A stretch of 64,000 bases of DNA from Iphione sp. A-MEVVRFRX5. Taxonomy: Eukaryota. The stretch spans positions 157,232,001 to 157,296,000 of the forward strand of contig OZ320313.1 in assembly GCA_976226885.1 (NCBI GenBank), written 5' to 3'. Position numbers and translations under genes: made by a program. The notes under the pieces are model-generated. The model searched no databases and was not told the DNA's origin. It saw only the letters and a list, made by a program, of their open reading frames with translations. Numbering within the stretch: position 1 is the stretch's first letter; the number at the start of each line of letters is the position of its first letter. Positions 1 to 14,836 of this stretch are shown here, in pieces.

Positions 1-3000
1 TGGAAGTAAGTCTAACGATACTTGACTCCTAAAAAGGAAGTGATTCATGAAATATTGGTCCACCGATTTGACATGGTTTCGTAAACACCAGGCAAGATGG
101 ATCGACGGATGAATATTGGTAAAACTGATATAATCATTAATAGAAGATGTATACAAAACGTATACGAAACTACAGATCGGGGGACCGCTTAGCTCTGGAG
201 GTATTCTACCATACGATCCGCAAACTACCTGTTCTCAAAAAGGCTTAACAGTTTGTTTGCTTCTTTTAAACGCCATACCCACCTCCAAGTACTTGGCAAA
301 ACTACAGGAGGCATGACAACTTAGATCCAATACCCACAACATGGTAATTTTTCTACACACACATACACACAGGTCTCTCCTCATTAATCCAATGTATTAA
401 TCACAGGGTGAGTCACCAAAGCTCACCCAGAAAGCTGATGTTATGAGAGATAGAAATTAGACTGCAATTGACCCTGATAAAGTCCTATATAATGGCAGCA
501 GTTGTTTCATACAATCAAGTAGTCCAAATATAATGAAACTCTCTACGTGCACCCACTGGCCTATCAGCGCATAGCTAGCAACAAAACATGCATGTGGTGA
601 ATGTGACTGGGAGAGATAATGAATAGTCTTCCAAAGTTTCAGCGAAGGTAACGCCTCACTACTAGGTGACATTCTGGGCAAGAATTCTTTAAAACCTGTT
701 TTAACGGCACTGCAAAACTTTACGCCCCAGCCATTAAATTTTCATAAAGAATTTTTTAAAAATGGCAAGATCAGGGCCAATATTTACATGATTTGAAAAT
801 GTTCTCATTAGAAGGGAACAAAAAATATTGTCTGATAACAGTTGCTTAATTACTCAATACAGGAAAAGTAAAAAGAATTGCTTTTGGCCATCATAATGCT
901 TTTAAAAAATATTGCTGTGAACTTATATACGAAAGGGGAATGATATAATCCTTGCGTTCACGTATCATCTAAAACCACATTATATAAGAACAGAAATCGC
1001 AAGCCCAGTAGAAGATCCTATCTAAACTTGGCGACCCAGAAGATGATTCTGAGCTCGTCGGGTACCTAGCGTCACCAAATCTAGAGAGGAACATTACCTC
1101 ATTCAACAACAGCTTTAAAAAAAACGATTTTCACAGATTCTCATTGTAACTTGGGGGAGACTAATTCAACATCATTTCAAACACAGCGCCACGATTACTG
1201 TGTGTTATGTTTGATCGAGTACCGATCGGCACTCAATCATGTATAGAGGTACATGTATATGGCGTGTTACCGCTATCCTATCATCATTTTCCACCGTAAC
1301 AATGAGCCAGACGGCGACGCATGGCTGGTTTCGTTCGATGCCACAATCATCGTCCATGATTGCTTGTATTTAAGTGCTACAGATTTCCTGCTCATATTCC
1401 ATAACTGCTATAAATTCCTCGGAGACTGGCCTGATATATCACTGGCTGACATCATCATCATCTCCATAAGTATACGTATCACATTTCCTCAATACTTCTG
1501 ATCACCGCGTACGTCCTCAGAAACAACTGCGGCCTAATACCTAAGGCTCGATATGAGGTATACTGAATTGAATACCAAAAGATAAAGGAAAATAAACGTC
1601 CTATAGAGATGAGCATGTGTTCATTTATACTGTTTCAACTAAATTCATAATGGCAAACGACCAGATAACATTGATAAACGTGGAAGTATGAACGTCGTAT
1701 ATGACATTACATTATCAACTTACATTCAAGATAATTACTTTCTAGCTATGCCGCCACTCTTCATTCGGTTATGAGGTTTCAATGTCTCATTTCCTCCCTG
1801 TAACCTTGATAATATATTTTCCCGTACATATGGGAAACTAAACTTAGGAATACTAGCCCCTCTCAAAAGCCTAACTGTAGGATGCAGCTGACTGTCATAC
1901 TGGAAATTATCATAAAGGAGAGATTGTTGCTGACAGTAACTAAAACGGTACCAATGTGGTGGCATGAAATCACAATAACATGTTGTTTCACTATGGAAAC
2001 TGCAGCCGAATGGGGTGATAACTTCCATTCATCAGGGTAGTATCTGCTTGTGTGGTAGCACATTTTGCCCCGTCTTGATTTATAAATATTTTGGATTAAC
2101 ATTGGCATGGAAAATTTGTTTTCAAATTATAAGGGAAAACATATATCGATTACTTCATTTCAGCTGTAATTTTGGCCCACTTGGTTTAAACACATAATGA
2201 CAAAGAACGAAATATCAATTTTTCATCTATTCAATCAACCCTCATTAACCAAGTGGTTTGCTTCAGCTTATTCAAATCGGTTAATGAGGCCAATGGTAAA
2301 TTTTTAACCGATTCATGTCTCCCTCGTGAACACAACAGAACTCAGATAATGAGTGTTTCGTTGACGAGGCCGGAATGTGTTCCAATCCTCCTGTTTTGTG
2401 CTCTGGCTACCAATCTCCATTGTCACTTGACGATAGACGTGTATAGCGGTGTGCAGGCAAATGAAAGTCCCTCGGTGAAACCACTCGACGGGGAAAACCG
2501 CCACGAGAACAAGCCTGTTTTGATTTGGTACGGAATAAAATGTAATTCCTACTGGGCTTGACTCTCTCACGGACCACTACGGAGACGAGCGTGAATAAGC
2601 AGCGATATGTGTCGGTCGCTAGCTCGGAGGGCATTGCTCTATGCTGGCGAGATGGCGACCCATCAATGAGCACAGCAGCTGTACACCTTCCTGACAACCC
2701 CCTTTAGCTCTTGGCGGGTCCTACAAGCTCCTAATCCAATCGTAGCGGAGCAATTTGTCTGACGCCACGCAAGACGCCGCAGGTACATACGAGGTGCAAC
2801 CTTGTCTATTTATCTACCAACATGGCTGTACTAAGAAGGCCAGTCGATTTTTATGATCCCTTTGTTCGTGTTATTTATGGGACCGCTGTGTAGTTTAGGT
2901 CTTTCTCGTATTAGCTTGGTACTTTTTACTCTCTGGTTGCCTAGTATCCAGATTCTGGTCAATACGGAATATGCGCGTTGTGTTCATGGGATCCACATGA

Positions 3001-3721
3001 TCAAAGAGTTATAACACGGTGTGGTATATGCCGCCTTTAACGACCCGAGGCTGAAGACCAGTACTTTGGCTGATGCCTTTTGTGGTCATTAACTTGATTT
3101 TTTAAAGAAATGTCCTTTGAGTATTAGATAAGACTACTTTTTCATAAAATATACCACATTTATGTACAGAAACAGCTGCCTTTGATTGATCTAACATACC
3201 TTTGATGTCGCTGTACGTAAACAAAACTTTCCTTTCACATCCAGATCAATCTTGTACTGTAACTATGATGTAGAAAGGATTCCCTTTGTCCCTTGCAAGG
3301 CACATAAGGACTAGTCACAAAGAACCTAATTATAAGAGGCTTAAGCACTATACTGTTTCCCATTAACCTCGTTCTTGAGATATCTACAGAGATCTGTCTG
3401 CCCTAAATCACATAAACGTTTACTATCTGAATGTGGGACACCTAATCAGCCTCCCTGCCACTGCGAAAAGGGTGACTGCAAAATAAGTAACTGTTGGAAG
3501 TCCAACTTTCTTGTGTTTCTTAAATTAAAATCTTAGTCTATGAATCCAAATTCGAGTAATTGTGGAATAGACGCCCGATTCTGCATAAGTAGTTAAATAT
3601 GATCATAAAAGCATGTCAAAACAGCTGTACACAGACGTGCGCACATGCTGAAATAAACAATACATGTAAAGTACATCTGTGTTGATTCAGACAAGTGACG
3701 GTCTTACATGAAGCATGCTGT

Positions 3722-4070
3722 GTCCTGTGCAGTTTGTGGGATTGTATTAGCATCTATATGCTACCGTCTCACATGTAGCATAGACCTATGTTCTGTGCAG
3801 CCTGTACGACTGTGCTAACATGGGTGTGACAGTCTCACATATATCACAGGCACATATATAATGTGCAGCATGCATCGCTGTCCTAACACAGGTGAGTGGT
3901 CAACAGTCTCATCTATAAGACAGGCACATCTAATGTGCAGCCTGCATCACTCTCCTAACATGGACGATTGGCAGTCTCATGTGTAACATGGGTACAAGTC
4001 CTCTGCAGCCTGTATGGCTGTACTAACATAGATATGTGGCAGTCTCACAAGCAACATGGGCACAGAAACT
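3722..4070. repeat. Degenerate minisatellite, ~68-72-bp unit, about 5 copies
   Basis: Recurring TGTGCAGC..CTAACA..CAGTCTCA; unit starts near 3794, 3862, 3934 and 4003. Confidence 0.75.
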
Positions 4071-7000
4071 CCACGGTCTATACAGCTGCATTAAAAAAGG
4101 AGAGACTTACTTACATGAAACATGCTTTTTTTGTCCTATGCAACCTATGAGTGACAATCTTACATAAGATAAACTCATACGTCATGTGAACGATTTAAGC
4201 ACATCTGTGGTCACATGGATGAGTGGCAGTCTAACATAATATATGCATACATCACTCTTTCAATTATCCTAATTGCCACGCCACTAAAACTGACAGATAA
4301 ATTAAACGCAAGACTGCACATGCGAACTTAAAACACTTGTTTAGCAACGAAAAAAGGGGGGCTCCTTCAGGATTCTCCGTGATGAGATCAATGCCGCTTT
4401 GCCTAAGGTTAAGGTGATTAACCGAGGAACAAAGAGAGGGTGTTAAAGTGTCCATTAAGAGGCGATGCTTCGCCGTATCGACATGACGCCGCTGGCACCG
4501 TTAAGGCTTCATTAAAGAGAATCGTATTGACTTGAAGCTCATTGAGATATAGCTCCAGAGGGATAAGAGGGAAAGACATAAGGATAACTGATACAAATAT
4601 GCACCAGCCTCATGCCCCATGTTGGACTGTTGATCGTAAGTAGCACAAAAGGACGACTGGAATGCTTTCTGAAGTTAGTCCAGGTCCGTCTTTCGGTAAC
4701 ATCATCGACAAGTAAGAGAGGGTCGAAGATTAGCAAGATTCACAATTTTTTGCAGTGCCTTTAACATTGAAAAAAAGCACGTTCAATGCTGAAATGAAAT
4801 GCCCATGCAGTTCAAGATAACGGTTCAAGGCAATTCCACTATTCGTGTTTAGGGCTTATCACCGTAAAACACCCGCGAGGACGAGGGACAAACGGCCAGG
4901 AGATGGGGGGGGGGGGGTCAATTTTCCTCTCATCAAGCGAACAAACAATTTCGTATTTTGTCCGTCGTTAACGTCGCTAATAACCTGAATGAGTTCATCA
5001 ACTGGGGACCACAATGCCGCCATCTGCTGATCATGTAGTAGTAACCAGAGGAGAGCGTCATAGTAATTGCTCCCGGGGAGACAATGAGCAACATGAAAAA
5101 TTACATGTACCTGCATTACTCATCGGCGACGAGCACTGGCTTTATATGCAAACTCCCTGGCAATGCATCGTTGCACGGTAAATTATGCAACGATAAAGTT
5201 AATCGAAAACAATATGTCCTTTGTCCATGGGGTCCGTAATGTCGTAACCATCAGTGGTCAGATTACCTCGGGTGGCTGGTCATATCCAGCGAAGTCTACG
5301 GAGCGTGGGAAGCTGCGTGACTTAGGCAGTTACGAGAGCGCCAATCGTCAGACTCACGAAGCATCGTGCACACGGAAAGGGGAAACCATCACATTAAGCT
5401 CTAGCGATTGCTAAGTTAACTGGACGAGTGGCCTTTTTAGTTGTTGTTTTTTTTTTTACAAACGTGAAACTGGGTCCAGACTTGAGGTAAAACTGACGTT
5501 GAGTTAAATAATCATATGCAAACGACTTCCCCGATGTCTTCTTTGTTTTCTAACCTCATTATCGGTTACCGTTTAGAGACGAGAGCCTTTGTGCATATAA
5601 CGTGGGACGTATCCATGGTGGAAAGCACTGCTAGAGAAAGCACATACTCGGGCTATTAAATCTTGAACCTCTTTCCATCTTCGATCGTTAAAGTAAATGC
5701 CAACCGTTGATGTGCCAACCGTTGACTGTCGGCTCGGCCCAAAGGCCGCATATCCCACAGGCGAGAATGATGCCTATAGAAGCCACAGAAGCCAGACCTG
5801 GAGCAATGCCAAATGCTGCAGTCTGTATGACCCAGTATGAAAAAGGAAGTTCTCGTTTACCGTCGCTCCGACATGGAAACGGATCTATTTACATAATGGC
5901 TACGAGGAGGCGGTAGCAATAATGTCTTTTCACAGTCAATAACAAGGTTGTCCGGACAAGTGAGAAAGTGGTAAATACAATCATGCATAACAAGGCGCTA
6001 ATGATCACAGCCCAGCATCTGGATCATGCATAATTCCGAAACTACGCCACCCGATACAAACCTAGGGACCCCATTTTCGTATTTCCTTTCAATCCATCAA
6101 AGATTGTGGGTGGATGTTTTATCAAACCCCTCCTACCATTAGTTGTTTGACTAAACAGATAAAACGCCGAGAGGGACTGCAAGATGGTCACTTGGACAGC
6201 GTTGCCCTCTACTATCTCTGGAAAAACACATAGGGGCATTGTTTCCCCATCCCGACTTCAAACGTTGGTAAGTGCCACAGAGGATGCTTTTTCTCATGTT
6301 ATGACCAGTCAGTCCCTGGTCCGCGGCCCTGTCAGTATAAGAACAGTCGGAAGAGAGTGGGATAACCAGACACAGGTTCCGACCCGCCTCCCCCTAGGGA
6401 CAGCATGAGAAGTCAGCGAGGACAGCACCAACAATGACAATCCATTTGCCGCGCAGTTCGCCGACGGTGCCTCTCTGATCCTATCATTCCGCTGTACTTT
6501 AATGCCTCTACGTCCAAGCACACTGTCACATCTAGATAAAAGCTATCGTAACCATCTTCTTTTAAGAGGATTGCCAGTGCGAACGGTGTCAGAGCGTCCC
6601 TCGACGTCTCTCTTCACATATTGACATTCGTTCCCAGGTTCCCGTGACAAGCTGATAGCAGGGAGAGAGACATTTCGGGCGGAATGCACCCTCTTAACGA
6701 TTCGCCGGCTCCGACGGCCGATGTTGCGAACCGAGTGGTTCCGGACAGATAAACAACTAATGCCGTCCCGCTATCTCACTTCCTGTCAGGAAACCTTACA
6801 GGAACATATGTAAAAAGGCCGGCAAAAATGTAGGAGGGTGAACTTTCCTTCTGACCCTAACCTTGTTTTCTGGCGCTTAAGTCCGTGCACGAACAAGCTG
6901 GTTTATTACCGTTCGATTCTCCGGTCATCAACAACTCTCCCGGTACAGAAATTGAATCACAGTTTTAGTGCCAGTGACATACTGCCGCTACTGTCATCGG

Positions 7001-7933
7001 CGATGACCTCAGCCTGCCAAATATGGGCGTGGAGATGACAAGAGCTCTAAGCAGACCTTCGCACGCTCGGGCCTGAATGGGCCTAGTACAATCTAAGTGA
7101 TTGATAGCAAAGATCATGGTATACTGCACTCGTTCTGTTCTTGGCGAGGGGGAACGACCGTGTGGTCTGCCTGCTGGGCTCACTGACGCCCCATCAGACA
7201 GGAGAGCACCATCCCTCAACACCCCCACCCTGGAGAACCATACCTCTAAGGGATATAGCTGCAGGGCGGGAGTCCAGGGGTGATGGGTGACAGCGCGACT
7301 ACAGGAGAGAGATGGCACACAGGGTGACGTCTTCCAGAAGGACCCTTCTGGAGCCTGAGCTCCCGGCAGACCATAAAAAAATATCGACTGTGATATTGAT
7401 TACTTCTGACGACTTGGGCCCGTCTATTCTGGGAGGAAGCGCACGCCACACCCGCGACTTCGCAGTCATGGTTAGAAAATGCCAGATATGCCATTCATTC
7501 TGAGCCTCGCTCAGTTTCATGACAATATGAAACCCATGAATTACACATTATGAAATTCCAAAATCAATGAATCAATATTTATGGCCAGCGAATTGAACCA
7601 GGAATACTCATTCTATGAATTCTGTTGATGTCCGTCAGTTAAGGATATGTTAAAGCCATTTAGTTCAGTTAGGAACGAAGAGTTCGGTGAAGCCGCGGAT
7701 AAATTCTGATTAACGAGCTAAGAACTTTAATACACCCACACACTTTAAGTCGGTCCTAAGCAAATTAATCCTTTAAAATTCGTCCTAAAGACAGCAACCA
7801 CATTTTAAACAGCACTTTACAGGCCCGTAGCCAAGGGGGTATCGGGGGTATCGTCCGATACACCCCACAAAGGCCAGGAGTTCCACCTCTCTAGGCCTAT
7901 AACCAAGGGTGTATCATGAAAAATGGAGGGAGG

Positions 7934-7938
<5 letters not shown>

Positions 7939-8004
<66 letters not shown>
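7939..8004. repeat. (GA)n microsatellite
   Basis: About 32 AG units. Confidence 0.98.
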
Positions 8005-8007
<3 letters not shown>

Positions 8008-8122
8008 GATATATTGGGAATATAGAAATGATTCTGATTGTAATGAAGGTATGATTAACACATTTGCATGCAAATGTACATGAATTTGCCAGCAGGTGAA
8101 ATATTCTAAAGAGTGAGTGATC

Positions 8123-8453
8123 AGGCCTAAACAGTGTTTCCGGTAACCCGACTGACCCTAACTTTGGTGTTAATATAAATTTTTATTTTATTCTTGTTTT
8201 ATGAATATTTCAGCAATGAATAAGGATAGAGACTCATATGATACATCATTGTCTTCCTTATGATATTAGCTTTCATTTGGTATGTATTTCATTAAGATAT
8301 AACTATTAGAACATATATTACCAGATTGATTTGTGGATGGGAGTATAATTTCACATTAAAAAAATGAGAAATAAAAAAAAATTTACCACCGACCTACCGA
8401 CCCTATATATTTTCAGCTTGTTACCGGAAACACAGAACTTTTTTTTTAGGCCT
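8123..8453. mobile_element. Second TIR element nested in the MITE
   Basis: Imperfect inverted ends AGGCCTAAA..TGTTTCCGGTAAC / GTTACCGGAAACA..TTTAGGCCT with an AT-rich interior. Confidence 0.6.
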
Positions 8454-11400
8454 CACTAACCTCTCTTACTAGGAGGTCCACCTCTCTAGCCAGGAGTTCC
8501 ACCTCTCTAGCTAAGAGTTCCACCTCTCTAATTTGAGATACCCCCCCACAAGACTTCCTGGCTACGGGCCTGCTTTATGAAGAGGTAATATTTCCCGAAA
8601 TAGGAAAAACCAAAGTGATCTCGCTGGTATTTTTGGCGACCAATCAGAAAATGATATAACAGGATTCCTTCATTTCCATCTTTACATCGGCGGACATTGT
8701 TCGTTAGACTTGTAATCAATGTGGGTGTGAATATTGATTTAGATATGAGAACAGAATGGATTGCACATGACAGGAAAATCAGTATTACTCATCAGTCTAT
8801 TGAATAACAAGAGAAATGTGCACTTCACATGTGAATGCCCGATATATGCTAAGTCTACGACGTTCTGGATCACTTAGTGTATCGAAGGGTTTAAATCAAC
8901 ATCCTCTTTCAATTTTCACTCTTGACTTCAGAGGGCCCTTGTCGTTCGCCTCCCAATGCAATTCTTTGAAAGCTACACAGCCTTTGAAGAAATGCTGCGT
9001 ACCGTTCCATCACGAAACCGACGCATACGCCAACAGGGCTTGCTTGTCGTGCATGGTAGACTTCCGATTACGAGTGACATGTGACAAGCACATACAGCTG
9101 CCATTGTACTTGCTCAGACAGAGACACATGCACGAACACACAGCCTCGGGTTTCACACAGGAGTAAAGGCCTGTTGCGAACCAGCCATTCCAGGCCGAGC
9201 GTTGTGCAATGCTTTCCGCACCAGCAGGTCCTTCGTTAAGGGGGCCGCCGCCTCCGTGTCAGCACAATCGTGCTCGTGGGGAATCGATGCCTTGGTTTGG
9301 ATCGGCTTTCGCTTGACTGCGTCACAAGACACACCCGCCCCCCTTGAGGATTTGTGCGTGTGCCAGAGTGTGAAAGCGATATTAGCCAGCCACTCCTCGA
9401 CGTACAGGCCCCGGGAAGGTGCCTTAGGGTAGTAGTAGTATAGGAAATGTGCCAACGGGTTCGGTCCACCTGGCTGCAGCAGTCAAGTCAAAGCTAAGGC
9501 ACCCCTGGGGAAATCTTCTCTGAGGATGGTCATAGAGGAAAGGTATATTCTGTGCGCCGTTCGGATGATTTGAAGTGATACGTTTTGAAGTCAAACCAAT
9601 GAATTTCAATGCGTACTTTCAAGCGGGGCATGAATGCTGCAAAACTGGCCTTCGTGGTACCAATAAATGCACATAGGGCAAGGCAGAAATCGCGTGAAGA
9701 TGCTTCGAAGACCATGCATATGTGCATGTGAATTTCTAACTCTCCACATTTCTGATATCGTAACAACCTTTTAATAAGCTGTACCTGATGCAGTTCCACT
9801 AGAAATCAGGGCATTTGACAGAAGAGACATTTTATCTAAAACCGCAGAGGATTTCCGCAGTATTAAAATTCCATTGCAAAACTGACCACTTGAAAAATAA
9901 CCCCTGGTAATGTATCTGAGCCACTGTGCTGGGAAACGTGACACCAGATGTTGGTTTATAATACTCATCATGAAATCATTTGAAAACAGTTTTTTTGGTG
10001 GTCGTTGCCTTCGGCCCTGTCCTTAAGAAGTGCCGGTCGGCCATACTCATCACTTTTTCTTACTCGGCTCAAATGGCAGATGCAAATTGCTCGCTGAAAA
10101 TGTCAACCTACCAGGTTCGCTTTTAGCAAATAACTCTTTCTGGTGGACAGCCGGAGTAAAAGTTCGTCTTTAGTGTAACACGTAGTAAAGCCTCGAAGAG
10201 ATTTCTTTATGTACGGTTTAATATCTGCGGGTGGCCGACGCAGATTAAACATAAATATTTGCTATAGACATTTTCCTCACTAACGAAACGAGCTAAGATG
10301 ATCAAATTCGGAGGACGGTTGTTTGCACGAAACTGGTATTCCAACTTATAGGGCAGCTGTACTGATGTGCTGTAACAAAAATTAATCTAAAGGTGAGACA
10401 CATTCTTCAAAGGTGGTATCATACCGGTGACCTGCTTAAATTTGGCCAGTTAGACGTTGAATCATGGTGCTAAAGATAACTGACTTCAGACTGAAGACGG
10501 TTCTTACACTAATTGGATGCCTTGTAAACATGGTGCATGCCAGCATTCATTATGTATATACACCGTATTGATTACCATGGCAACCCAGGCAGTGTGGCAG
10601 AGCGAAAGTCGATCCCATCTCCACCCCCTCCCCTTGCCCTTTCACTTTGTCATTCTCACCCCTCGGACAGTGCTTAGTGCTTCGCCCACTCTGCTCCTGC
10701 TTCTGTGTGTGTATAAACGTGTGTGTGTGCATGAGAGACTCTGTGCATGTGTGCACGTGTGAGTGCCGTTGAGGGTCGGGCCTGTGTTATTTACATCCCT
10801 AGGGGTGACGGGTACGCACCCCGTGTTTTCGCACCTTGTCGAGCCTCCATCTCTGAATCATCGCCGTTTGTTATGACAACTAATGGTGGTCTGCGTGCAT
10901 GCCTGCCGACCAGCTACAACAACAACAAATAGCTGCCCCGGGAGAACCTTGAAAACGTACTTAATAGGAGAGCATTATACATGTAATTAATGGCATTAAG
11001 GTCCCGTTTTCAAAGGCACTCAATCTGCAGATTCTAAGATGAGAACTGCATTTAGGACAGTAGTAGGGACATAGCATTCTATGTACGATAACCCTTTTGC
11101 CCCGAGAATGCAGTATCCCTGTCTTATCAGAACACTCTCTAACCAATAAAAATGATGTGTGTATGTATATATATATATTCCTTTTTTCGCAGCTTCCTGT
11201 AATAAATTTACAAATACACGTATATCCTATACTTGTGTAAACACCGCCACTAGAAATATCCATTATCCATACCATATTCTCCGATGCCCAGCCCAATTAA
11301 GGCCTGGTGCATTTCCAGGACACACACCAACGTCATGAAGGAATAGTTTTGAAGAATACACTTCATCGTTAATGATTTCTCACTTCACGTTAATGATCAG

Positions 11401-11810
11401 TGCTCCTTCTTGGTGCGCCTAATGATGTCAGACCCACCTGATTCACTGAAAAAAACACCATCCAACCACTGAAGAAGTTTCAGCTTCTAGGCGCCGTCTT
11501 AAATTGAATTACCCTTGTATAAACGAATTAAAATCTTGGCATTAGCTAGTAACTTGGCACGAAAGTTCCACAGTGCAAGGATGGGCGATCTGTCGTGACA
11601 AATGTCAACCCCATTTAGATAAATAGGCACGCACGTATTACTAAATGAGCTTCCACTTATATACATATTATGTCCCCGGGCAGCATACACGCACAACAAA
11701 CAAGTGAATACGTACACGCATCGATACGAAATTCCCACTAAGCACAGAAGTCCATTCACCATCGCACAATAGGCCTTCCTCGCGAGACGGTCGTCATGGT
11801 GAGGCCCGTC

Positions 11811-11824
11811 GTCGCCATGGTAAC
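11811..11824. promoter_or_regulatory. RFX X-box-like motif
   Basis: GTCGCCATGGTAAC matches GTYRCCATGGYAAC. Motif match only. Confidence 0.3.
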
Positions 11825-14800
11825 CGCCTGCCCTTTGTCCAGCGGGTGCAGCCTAATCTACACCTGACATTCGTCATGCTACACTGAACACGAACATCAG
11901 CACCTGTCGCCAACACGTGGCGTCCGATGCGGAACGCCTGGCTTTTTGGAAGAGCGCACTGCCTGCATCCCCTCCTCAATCCAAGACGCGTACCAGAGTG
12001 CAACGATGTCGGTCATGTCCTAGCTGGCCAAATGGGTTGTTCACTACACGCACTCTGTCAGTGAGAGAGGAGGGGGGGACGGGGGAAGTCATCAGGGACT
12101 AACCACGAGAAAGCAAGGTACATTAGATAGCATTCTGGTCTATTAAACATTTCTCTCACGTCGGGTTCACAACCCCATCTCCTCGCCTGAGGTACGTGAT
12201 TTAGCGAGAGAAAAGAGGGAAAAAAACAGAATCCTGCCAATATTGAAACTTTCGGGAAATCAAATGACTAACAAACGATGTGAACTTTCACCCTCATTTA
12301 CTTGAATGCGGCTCGTAAGGAGACCTCATATAATCCCCCTCTAGGTTCCTCCGTAAAGAGCCTCTGCGGGGCGCCGCGGATGAAGTGTTAATACCTCGGT
12401 TGAAGTTCCCAGCTGGCGGTCCCTTAGGCCTGACAGCTTTTGATGTGCAAGAGCCCATGACCTTCCTGTCAATATGGATTGCCTCCGGAATATTCGCGCG
12501 AAATTATATTTCAGTGCTTTTCCTTACAAATAGCCTAGACGGGCAATAAAAACGAAAATGCTAGCCCGTCGAGTATCCTGCATAATTTAGATATCGGTGA
12601 ATCATTGGAGTACGTAAAGGTGGCTGTTCATCTCCTTCCGATCACTTTCACAGAGATTGATACCGACCGGTTCCTATTTTTTCATGGCCTTGTGATTTCG
12701 CTGGGGATCTATGAACCTGATACAAGCTCCCACGTGAATACTACTCACGGTGCGGAAGGGGGGTGGGGAGCAGGGGGCGGGGGGGGACTAGAGGAAGGCG
12801 CAGCGCTTCCGACAGCCAACGTCACGTCCTTATAGCTTAGGGCCAGACTCCTCCTTAATTACAGCTCATGCTATCTGAAGTCCTAAGTAATGAACGTCAA
12901 TTCACCGAGCATCACAGCCTTTCATTATAGGTATAGTCACCGGCTTTAAGTTATACCGCTTTGACCTAAAGGGACCCAGGCATTATACACCTGTACGCAT
13001 GAAGGTTCCACTCCAGGTAGAACATGTATTTAAGGACTCCCAACGGACATCCGCCTCTCCTACTACTTAAGTATTCCCTGCAGCATCTCGGCAAAGATAA
13101 TACGTGTACATGGGATTTGACCTTCGAGTGCCAACATATAAGGGTGCAATAAAGACATTTCCATATCACGAGGTTTGTATAGTATACATTTACACCGTAC
13201 ATGGACATGGAAATAAATCTATGTGGTGGTGGCAAAACGTCTCTGCTGTAACCAACCAATACAGTTAGATATACTGAGGCTTTACTAAATACTTTATAAT
13301 TAGATACCTGCTCTGGGAATCGGCAAAAACGGAAGACACGGGCCTCCGCGCCCTCCCAAAGCTGGGTACAAGACCTTGGTGCACACTGTGTGTTCCCTTT
13401 GGCCTGACTATTCAGTCAGACTCCATAAGAAACTTCCATGTATGATGTCAACGGCCTGACGAGGTCGAGCTGCATCGAGAAAGCCGTTTAAAAGCCCACC
13501 GATAAGACGTCGGGACGATAACTAGCGTCTTTTGGACCATCGCGACCCACCCCCGTTTAGCAACTGCCAAGGTCAAATACGACACCGGGACCTTCGACGT
13601 GCACACCTAAGAGGTCTGGCAGAAATATTGACAGCTGTGTAAATGACTACATATACGCAATGTATTTGTGTGTGTTTTTATGTCTCTTCTAAAAACTACT
13701 CATATGTTCAGTCCTTCGAATTCCCAGAGCCACCCCTTTATGAAAAAATATCTAGACGTGTGAACGAATGTTGACAGCCCTAAAATTAAATTTCAGTAGG
13801 AGTGATCGATAAAACTGCAGAGTATTTTCATACAATCAAGTAGCCACATAATCCTGGCAAATAGACTATCAAATCATGAGAAACGCCACGGACTCTGTAC
13901 ATAAAAATAAAGAACTGGGCCGAAACTGAATAAATAATGACTCCGCTAATGAGAATCGGGACATCTGATACTTTCACCTGCAACCAGTAGTTATTCGGCT
14001 GATGTTCAGGTTTCATTATACATTACCTGCATGATTTAGTTAGAACGCGTGCTGCCTACCCATTCTTACTCTAGGTACGTATACAACGCAATACATGTAC
14101 TTCAAAGGCCTGGCTTTCTTTTGCGTGTACTTCCCATGTTATATATTGCCTGCCATTTGTATAGCCTTATGGAAAAAAAGTGATACAACAAAAAAGGGAT
14201 GATTGCCACAGTAAGAGGAAAAGCATCAGACAGAACACAGCTGCAGGAGCTGGCAGCCCGACACATGTTTTCTCCATCACCAGGTTAACACTACGGAGTC
14301 TTGCTGCATGCAACAATAACTGCCTTTGAGCGATGCAGTTCGATCGACTGAACTCTTATGTCTGTGACGGCTGGAGTGTGCTGGTAAATGAAGTGGGTCA
14401 CGGGCTGCTCCACCAGGCCGGACGATTGCAGGCCCTGCAGGAATCTTTCATTTGTCCGACACTGTTAGGAAGTGAAGAGTGCACACAGCCAAAACACAAG
14501 GGGAACCTCCTGTTGTTTATCAGCAGCATCGCGTGTCAGACTCTTGTCTTCCTTCCCTCCTTAACTATAGGAGACGGACTTGGGCTGAAGGCCTGCCTGC
14601 ATCGATATATGGGCTGATAGCCGACATGAATTGAGACAAACTGTTCCAGAACATGCTCCGAATGAACGGACCCGGTCAAGGAAGACACTTCGCTGAAACT
14701 TCTTTACCTGATCTTATACAATTCACTTTCAGTCGACTATACCATCCATCAAGCAAGACACATAACTAGCTCCGAGGCAGTCAAGCCCCCACCGACTGAA

Positions 14801-14836
14801 GCGCTTCTAGCGACACCTGGGGGTGAGAAGGGCAGG

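Larger units (their letters stand above)
7820..8572. mobile_element. Non-autonomous DNA element (MITE)
   Basis: Termini CAGGCCCGTAGCCA ... TGGCTACGGGCCTG, CTTTA on both flanks, and 21-bp subterminal repeats (CCAGGAGTTCCACCTCTCTAG-like) near both ends. Confidence 0.8.

Noticed and set aside
5000-9800. Several 60-117-aa ORFs suggesting a decayed gene or TE
   Set aside because: There is no recognisable domain and no consistent strand or frame.
13451-13488. Hammerhead-like CTGACGA...GAAA with a small stem
   Set aside because: The flanks (AACGGC/GCCGTT) pair with each other, no cleavage strand is present, and there is no C before GAAA. It is just a hairpin.
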